A DNA stretch of 64,000 nt from a candidate division FCPU426 bacterium. GTDB taxonomy: Bacteria; Oederibacteriota; Muellerivitia; Muellerivitales; Muellerivitaceae. This document shows positions 59,429-64,000 of this stretch, in pieces. The stretch covers positions 39,369 to 103,368 of the forward strand of contig CAWCKJ010000014.1 in the NCBI GenBank assembly GCA_963796105.1, given 5' to 3'. Position numbers and translations under genes: made by a program. The notes under the pieces were generated by a model. It was given only the letters and a program-made list of their open reading frames with translations. It was not told the origin of the DNA and ran no database searches. Each line of letters opens with the position of its first letter. Positions within the stretch are counted from its first letter, which is position 1.

Positions 59429-59474
59429 CCTGTCACGCAGGAGGTCGCGGGTTCGAGCCCCGTCAACCCCGCCA
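59429..59474 (+). other. att-like site: 3' half of tRNA-Asp(GTC), second copy
   Basis: Identical to 40530-40575; adjacent to the integrase. Confidence 0.9.
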
Positions 59475-59519
59475 TATTTTCAATCGATCTACGACTGTAA
59501 GCTTTTGCTTACGGGCTTT

Positions 59520-60620
59520 TTATTTTCGGGTGACGACCAAGCCTCCCGGTGTCATATCCGTGTCAAACTGCCTCTCAACCTGTTTCAGCGCGTTCACCCG
59601 ATCTTGCCGGTCTATCCGGTTATACCGTTTGAACATCGCGTAGGTCTTATGGCCTGAAATGGACATGATGACCGAATCATTCACCCCCGCCTTCCGTAGG
59701 TTCGTCACCGCGCAATGCCGGAGATCGTGGAACCGGAAGTTCTTGATCCCCGCCGCGCGGACGGCCTTGAGAAAAGCAGTTTTGATGTCGAGGATGCGCT
59801 TGCCCCTCTCGGTGAAAACATAAGGGCATCCCAAGGTTTTCGGTATCCGTTTCAGGAAACCTAAAAGCGCTTCCGTCAAAGGAACCTCCCGTTTCTCCTG
59901 GGTCTTGGTGTCCGCGGCTTCCAGGGTGATGACCTTGTTTTGAAAGTCCACCTGTTCCCACCGCAAACCCAAAATCTCCCCCTTCCTCATGCCCGTCCAA
60001 TAAGCCAACTGGACGATGGCACTCAGGCGCGGGGAGCAATAACCCAAAAGGGCTTGGTATTCCTCGTTCGTCAAGGTGCGGTCGCGGGATTCTTCCTTGA
60101 AGGCCCGCACCCGCTGAATCGGGTTTTTCTCCAACAAGCCGTTGAAGACCGCCCGGTTCACGATGCTCTTGAGAACGCCGATGTCGCGGTTAAGCGTGCT
60201 ATTGGACAGGGGCATCCCCGTCCTATGCTCGCCGGGGGCCTGGTTGCCCACCTTCCGCCGATGGGTTAAAAACCCCTCGACGATGTCCGGCGTCAAGCTT
60301 CTCAAGGGCTTGTTGCCAAAATAGTCCTTGAGCCTCTTAACCATTTGGATGTCGTTCTCATGGCTTTTCCTTCTTGCTTCGGAATAGGCCAGGAACGAAT
60401 CCGCCGCCTCGGAAAAGGTGACCTCCGGTTTTTCGGGAGCCAGGAACTTTCCCGACACAACTTCCTGCATGTGTTGGGCCAGCACCTTCTTGGCTTGGGC
60501 CACGGGTATTTGGCCCAGTCGCACCCTCTTGCGCTTCCTCGATTCCTCCCTCTTCAACAAAGTAATCCAGGAAATACCCCTTTTCGTCCTTGCGGAGAAA
60601 TTGGGGCAATCCATGAACAT
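59520..60620 (-). CDS. int: Tyrosine integrase
   Basis: TGMRKGE, TK, FRFHDLRH, ISGHKT..MFKRY. Confidence 0.95.
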   Translation of the reverse strand: MFMDCPNFSARTKRGISWITLLKREESRKRKRVRLGQIPVAQAKKVLAQHMQEVVSGKFLAPEKPEVTFSEAADSFLAYSEARRKSHENDIQMVKRLKDYFGNKPLRSLTPDIVEGFLTHRRKVGNQAPGEHRTGMPLSNSTLNRDIGVLKSIVNRAVFNGLLEKNPIQRVRAFKEESRDRTLTNEEYQALLGYCSPRLSAIVQLAYWTGMRKGEILGLRWEQVDFQNKVITLEAADTKTQEKREVPLTEALLGFLKRIPKTLGCPYVFTERGKRILDIKTAFLKAVRAAGIKNFRFHDLRHCAVTNLRKAGVNDSVIMSISGHKTYAMFKRYNRIDRQDRVNALKQVERQFDTDMTPGGLVVTRK

Positions 60621-60629
60621 TAGGTCTAC

Positions 60630-60845
60630 TCATGTGTCCCTCCTAATGTCCCCAGCACTTGGCATTTTATCAGCAGAGTCCGCCCAAGATGGAAGGGGTT
60701 TTTTAAATACTTGAAGAAACACCGAATGCCAAACCCTCGGATACTTACCAACCTTCACAAAGGGAAGGGCGCCGGTCTGCCGCCAATAACGGACGGTATT
60801 GGGGGAAACACCGGCTTTTTCGGCAATGTCTTTGTCCGACATCAA
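60630..60845 (-). CDS. Excisionase-like HTH protein
   Basis: IAEKAGVSPNTVRYW...LPFVKVG..R; directly upstream of int. Confidence 0.8.
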   Translation of the reverse strand: MMSDKDIAEKAGVSPNTVRYWRQTGALPFVKVGKYPRVWHSVFLQVFKKPLPSWADSADKMPSAGDIRRDT

Positions 60846-61390
60846 AAAATTCCGCCTTTCAATAATTTTTCCTACGCTCTACCATGGCCTACCTCCCGTT
60901 ATTTTTTTAAAAACCCCGAGGGGTTCTTTAGTGGGTCGAAAATCGGGTTGTGAAGCGTTCAAGGTTTGGGGGATTCTCCGGGTTGATTGACTTGGAATTT
61001 GATTTTCGATTGTCGAAGTGGAAACAAATGCGAGGGCCGAAATCTTCGGGGCAGTAATCGCCCTTTAAATGCAAAATCTGAAATCTAAAAAGTTCGTTCA
61101 TCCGTCACCGCCGCATTTTGTGATATTCATTTTGACTATCTATGAGGCCTAAACGTTTCATCGAGACGAAATAATTTTTTATGAAATGTCACCGACCGTC
61201 ACTTACTGCCGCTAACTGCCACTAGTGATCGGTAATGATCTTTTGTGAGCATTCTCCGTAACCATCGTTAACCATGGATGACCATGGATTGACGCAATAG
61301 ATTTTTATGACACTCAAATATTTTTGGGAGCTAAAGGAGAAATGAATCGTCCAAAAGGCATGAAGGCAATCTCCCTGCAAGGAGGCATCC

Positions 61391-62122
61391 ATGAGCCAAT
61401 ACCTGGAAATCAACGATACCGAAGCCCAGCACCTTGCCTGGATTCACTCCAACAAGTTCACCATCCCGGAGCTTTTCCAAAAGAAGTTTTATCCCCAAGG
61501 CACCTACCGAAACACCTGTTACGTCCTCAGCAAGTACGTCAAAAAAGGTTTCCTGCTTTTTGAAAAGGAAAATATATTCGCGCATAACTTCTACTTCCTG
61601 ACCCTGCCGGCCATCCGAACCCTGGACGAGACGGGGCGGATGATCGTCATGGGCCGAAAGCACACCATCCGAATCAACCCCTACGAACGACAGCATGACC
61701 TCATGGTTCAGGAGCTAAGAATCACCTTGGAGGCCACCCCCACCCTGGAAGACATCTTTTGGGTGAGCGACTTCGAAATGCGGGCTGGTATCACCCCGCG
61801 AACCAAGGCCGAATTCCTCAATGGGGAGCTGGAAAGCAACTGGCGGGTTAGGGCCTATGAAAGGGCTAAGTCCTTGGTCCGAAGGACGCCGGACGGATAC
61901 TTTGAGGCCGACTTCCAGGGGGATAGAAGGGCCTTTGTCCTGGAATTCGAGCGGACGGCCTATAACTGGAACATGGTCAAGCGGATGGTCTATAACCTGG
62001 ACGACGCCTTTCCCCATGCCCACCGGCTTGTCGTCTCGGAAACCGTGCCCCATGCCCGGCGGATGATCCGAAACCTTCAAGCCTGGGTTCAGGGAGAAGA
62101 GACCGGTCTTGGTGGTTCGTGA
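61391..62122 (+). CDS. Replic_Relax-type relaxase-like protein (paralog of 16330; C-terminus possibly frameshifted)
   Basis: HD..V.ELRI, VSDFEM, RTPDGYFE...FVLEFE. Confidence 0.75.
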   Translation: MSQYLEINDTEAQHLAWIHSNKFTIPELFQKKFYPQGTYRNTCYVLSKYVKKGFLLFEKENIFAHNFYFLTLPAIRTLDETGRMIVMGRKHTIRINPYERQHDLMVQELRITLEATPTLEDIFWVSDFEMRAGITPRTKAEFLNGELESNWRVRAYERAKSLVRRTPDGYFEADFQGDRRAFVLEFERTAYNWNMVKRMVYNLDDAFPHAHRLVVSETVPHARRMIRNLQAWVQGEETGLGGS

Positions 62123-62283
62123 GCGACTTTCAGAGAGTTGACGACCCACCCATTCGAAAAATGCTGGTTCCAGATCGACCATCCACTTGCCGGAATAACA
62201 CCCTTCGACCGTGGAAATAATGTCCTACGGTCTTTCATTCGGACGGAACTCCAAATTTTAATCTTTCGGCTTTTTTAGGAGTG

Positions 62284-62376
62284 TTTTCCCAAGCTCCGAT
62301 GGCGAGCCCCCCTATCTCTGCATCAAGTACGGATGCGAGAAACGATAGGGGGGCTCGCCCTCTCCGCATGGGAAAA
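62284..62376. other. Inverted repeat, candidate oriT
   Basis: GGCGAGCCCCCCTATC / GATAGGGGGGCTCGCC; CTCTGCATCA at 62316. Confidence 0.65.
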
Positions 62377-62714
62377 CCAAAAGGCATAATTTTTAAAAAC
62401 AAGGATGAGGCAGATTCATATTCAAGTCAGTTTCAAGGATAAGACAAGGCAAACCGGAGCAGTAGTCAGAGGTGGTAGGGATGGGATTGTAGTGGTGGTG
62501 TAGGTAAGCGTGGTAGGTGGGTAGACGAAAGACAGGCAATGAAAGGGTAGGCAAGAGTGGTTAGGTTGTTGCTGGGTTAAACATAGGGTTAATCCTTCTT
62601 GGTAGCGTGGTTTTGGGATTTAAGGGGTTGTAAATACCGGGAACGACAAATTATGGTTCTGTAGGTTATAATGGTTTATCAATAAGGCAGTTTGACTAGG
62701 CTTAAGGAAAAGAC

Positions 62715-63005
62715 ATGGGCATCCAGGAAATTCTTCAAAATCAACGGACTCGAATCCTCGAAATCGCGCATAAGCACGGCGTTGAAAACATCAGTGTTTT
62801 TGGATCGGTCGCCCGTGGAGAAGCCCAGGAAAACAGTGACGTGGATTTCCTGATAACAGCCGGTTCCAAGGTTAGTCCTTGGTTCCCGGGCGGCCTTGTG
62901 GCCGATCTGGAGGAACTCTTAGGCCGAAGAGTAGATGTAGTTGAGCCCAAGGCCCTTCGCCCTGAAATCCGACAAAACGTGCTTCATGAGGCCCGCCCGC
63001 TTTGA
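62715..63005 (+). CDS. MNT nucleotidyltransferase antitoxin
   Basis: VFGSVARGE...SDVDFL...LEELLGRRVDVV. Confidence 0.92.
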   Translation: MGIQEILQNQRTRILEIAHKHGVENISVFGSVARGEAQENSDVDFLITAGSKVSPWFPGGLVADLEELLGRRVDVVEPKALRPEIRQNVLHEARPL

Positions 63006-63331
63006 AAGATGAGAGCGCGTATTTACGCCACATTTTAGAATGCTCGAAAGCCATTCAGGGTTATGTGGCGGAAGGTCGCGAGGCTTTTAACCAAGACCGC
63101 CGTACCCAAAAGGCCGTCTTGCGGGAACTCCAAGAACTTTCCGAATCCCTTCAACACATTTCCCAAGAAACCAAAGAAAAACACCCTGAAATTCCGTGGC
63201 GAGATATTTCGGCATTCCGAAATGTTTTGGTGCATGACTATCTCGGCATCAACTTAGACCGTATTTGGGAAATCATTCATGAGGATTTACCCCCACTTTT
63301 GGAAAAAATAAAATTTTTACTGGAATCGTAA
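63002..63331 (+). CDS. HepT/DUF86 HEPN toxin
   Basis: PEIPW...FRNVLVHDY. Confidence 0.92.
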   Translation: MKDESAYLRHILECSKAIQGYVAEGREAFNQDRRTQKAVLRELQELSESLQHISQETKEKHPEIPWRDISAFRNVLVHDYLGINLDRIWEIIHEDLPPLLEKIKFLLES

Positions 63332-63336
63332 AAGTA

Positions 63337-63924
63337 ATGAAAAAAATCGTATTGATGATTATTGCAAATTTTCTATTTATGAATGGTTTTACGGCCCCCA
63401 TCCATGCCCAAGATTTGGAAAAATCAATGGATGAAAAAGCGGCACGGGAGATCTATTACAAGCAACATTCAAGCCCGGAGATAGTTGATATGGATTGCGA
63501 GATAAATGGCACGGAAGTAAAACCTTCATTTGACGGCGCTATTGGTGTTGGTGGGCAGGTGAAATTTGAATTGGGAACAAAAGTTAAAGACACAAAAATC
63601 AGTTGGACGCTTGAGAATGATGAGTACTTAACAGGCCAGGAATTAACGATTGTTGACGATAAGGCAAATACTAGAAAGACAATAAAATTGGGGCCTACAG
63701 TCAGGGAATACATAGACAAACAACCGTATACGGGTTCAATGAGGAAGAATGGTTTTATCACCGGAAGGCATTACGAGATTGAAGTTAAAGACGAAAAATG
63801 GGGGATACAGTCAGGTCAAAGCAGGGCCACTGTTGATATTCAATTTGGATTGATGACTTATTACGGATGCTCTTCAAAACTAACTCTCAAAGATTCAGAT
63901 ATCAATGATTTATCGACTCAGTAA
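63337..63924 (+). CDS. Secreted hypothetical protein
   Basis: Signal peptide MKKIVLMII...IHA. Confidence 0.6.
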   Translation: MKKIVLMIIANFLFMNGFTAPIHAQDLEKSMDEKAAREIYYKQHSSPEIVDMDCEINGTEVKPSFDGAIGVGGQVKFELGTKVKDTKISWTLENDEYLTGQELTIVDDKANTRKTIKLGPTVREYIDKQPYTGSMRKNGFITGRHYEIEVKDEKWGIQSGQSRATVDIQFGLMTYYGCSSKLTLKDSDINDLSTQ

Positions 63925-64000
63925 GGTATAGGGCCGTATAGCGAGAAGAACCAATTTTTAGACATTAATGCAACAAACCAATATTTTTATATTATCTATC

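Noticed and set aside
43230..60714. Numerous antisense and alternate-frame ORFs over IS66, ald, the GTs, serC, the NHL gene and int
   Set aside because: Shadow ORFs of well-supported genes in GC-rich DNA.
1..64000. Prophage, retron or diversity-generating retroelement
   Set aside because: No capsid, terminase, tail or reverse-transcriptase motifs seen.

Overview
Accessory region made of tandem genomic islands. Two 3' halves of a tRNA-Asp(GTC), at ~40530-40575 and ~59429-59474, act as att-like boundaries. Segment 1 (1-40575) is the right part of a plasmid-like integrative/mobilisable element. Its core is a rep-like gene with internal palindromic iterons, parA, parB, a VirD4/TraD coupling protein and a Replic_Relax-type relaxase followed by an oriT-like hairpin. 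After that come ~22 kb of small-gene operons (ardC, radC, SpoVG-like, many unknowns) and about seven toxin-antitoxin modules. The segment also carries IS3, IS200 and IS630 insertions and a RIT element. The most striking feature is a family of structured non-coding modules. Four ~0.4-0.6 kb leader repeats sit directly upstream of operons. They are built from ~65-bp two-hairpin units with compensatory stem changes, and the units occur nested inside one another and appear to fold on the template strand. Segment 2 (40576-59474) has no integrase. It carries IS66, ald, glycosyltransferases, serC, an ATP-grasp protein, a D,D-dipeptidase, a truncated NHL/Thr-rich surface protein and a non-coding array of 27 GGTA(T) motifs at ~10.7-bp phase. 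Segment 3 (59475-end) starts a related small element with integrase, xis, a second Replic_Relax gene, a hairpin sharing CTCTGCATCA with the first, and MNT-HepT. All product calls come from motif recognition by eye; no searches were run.
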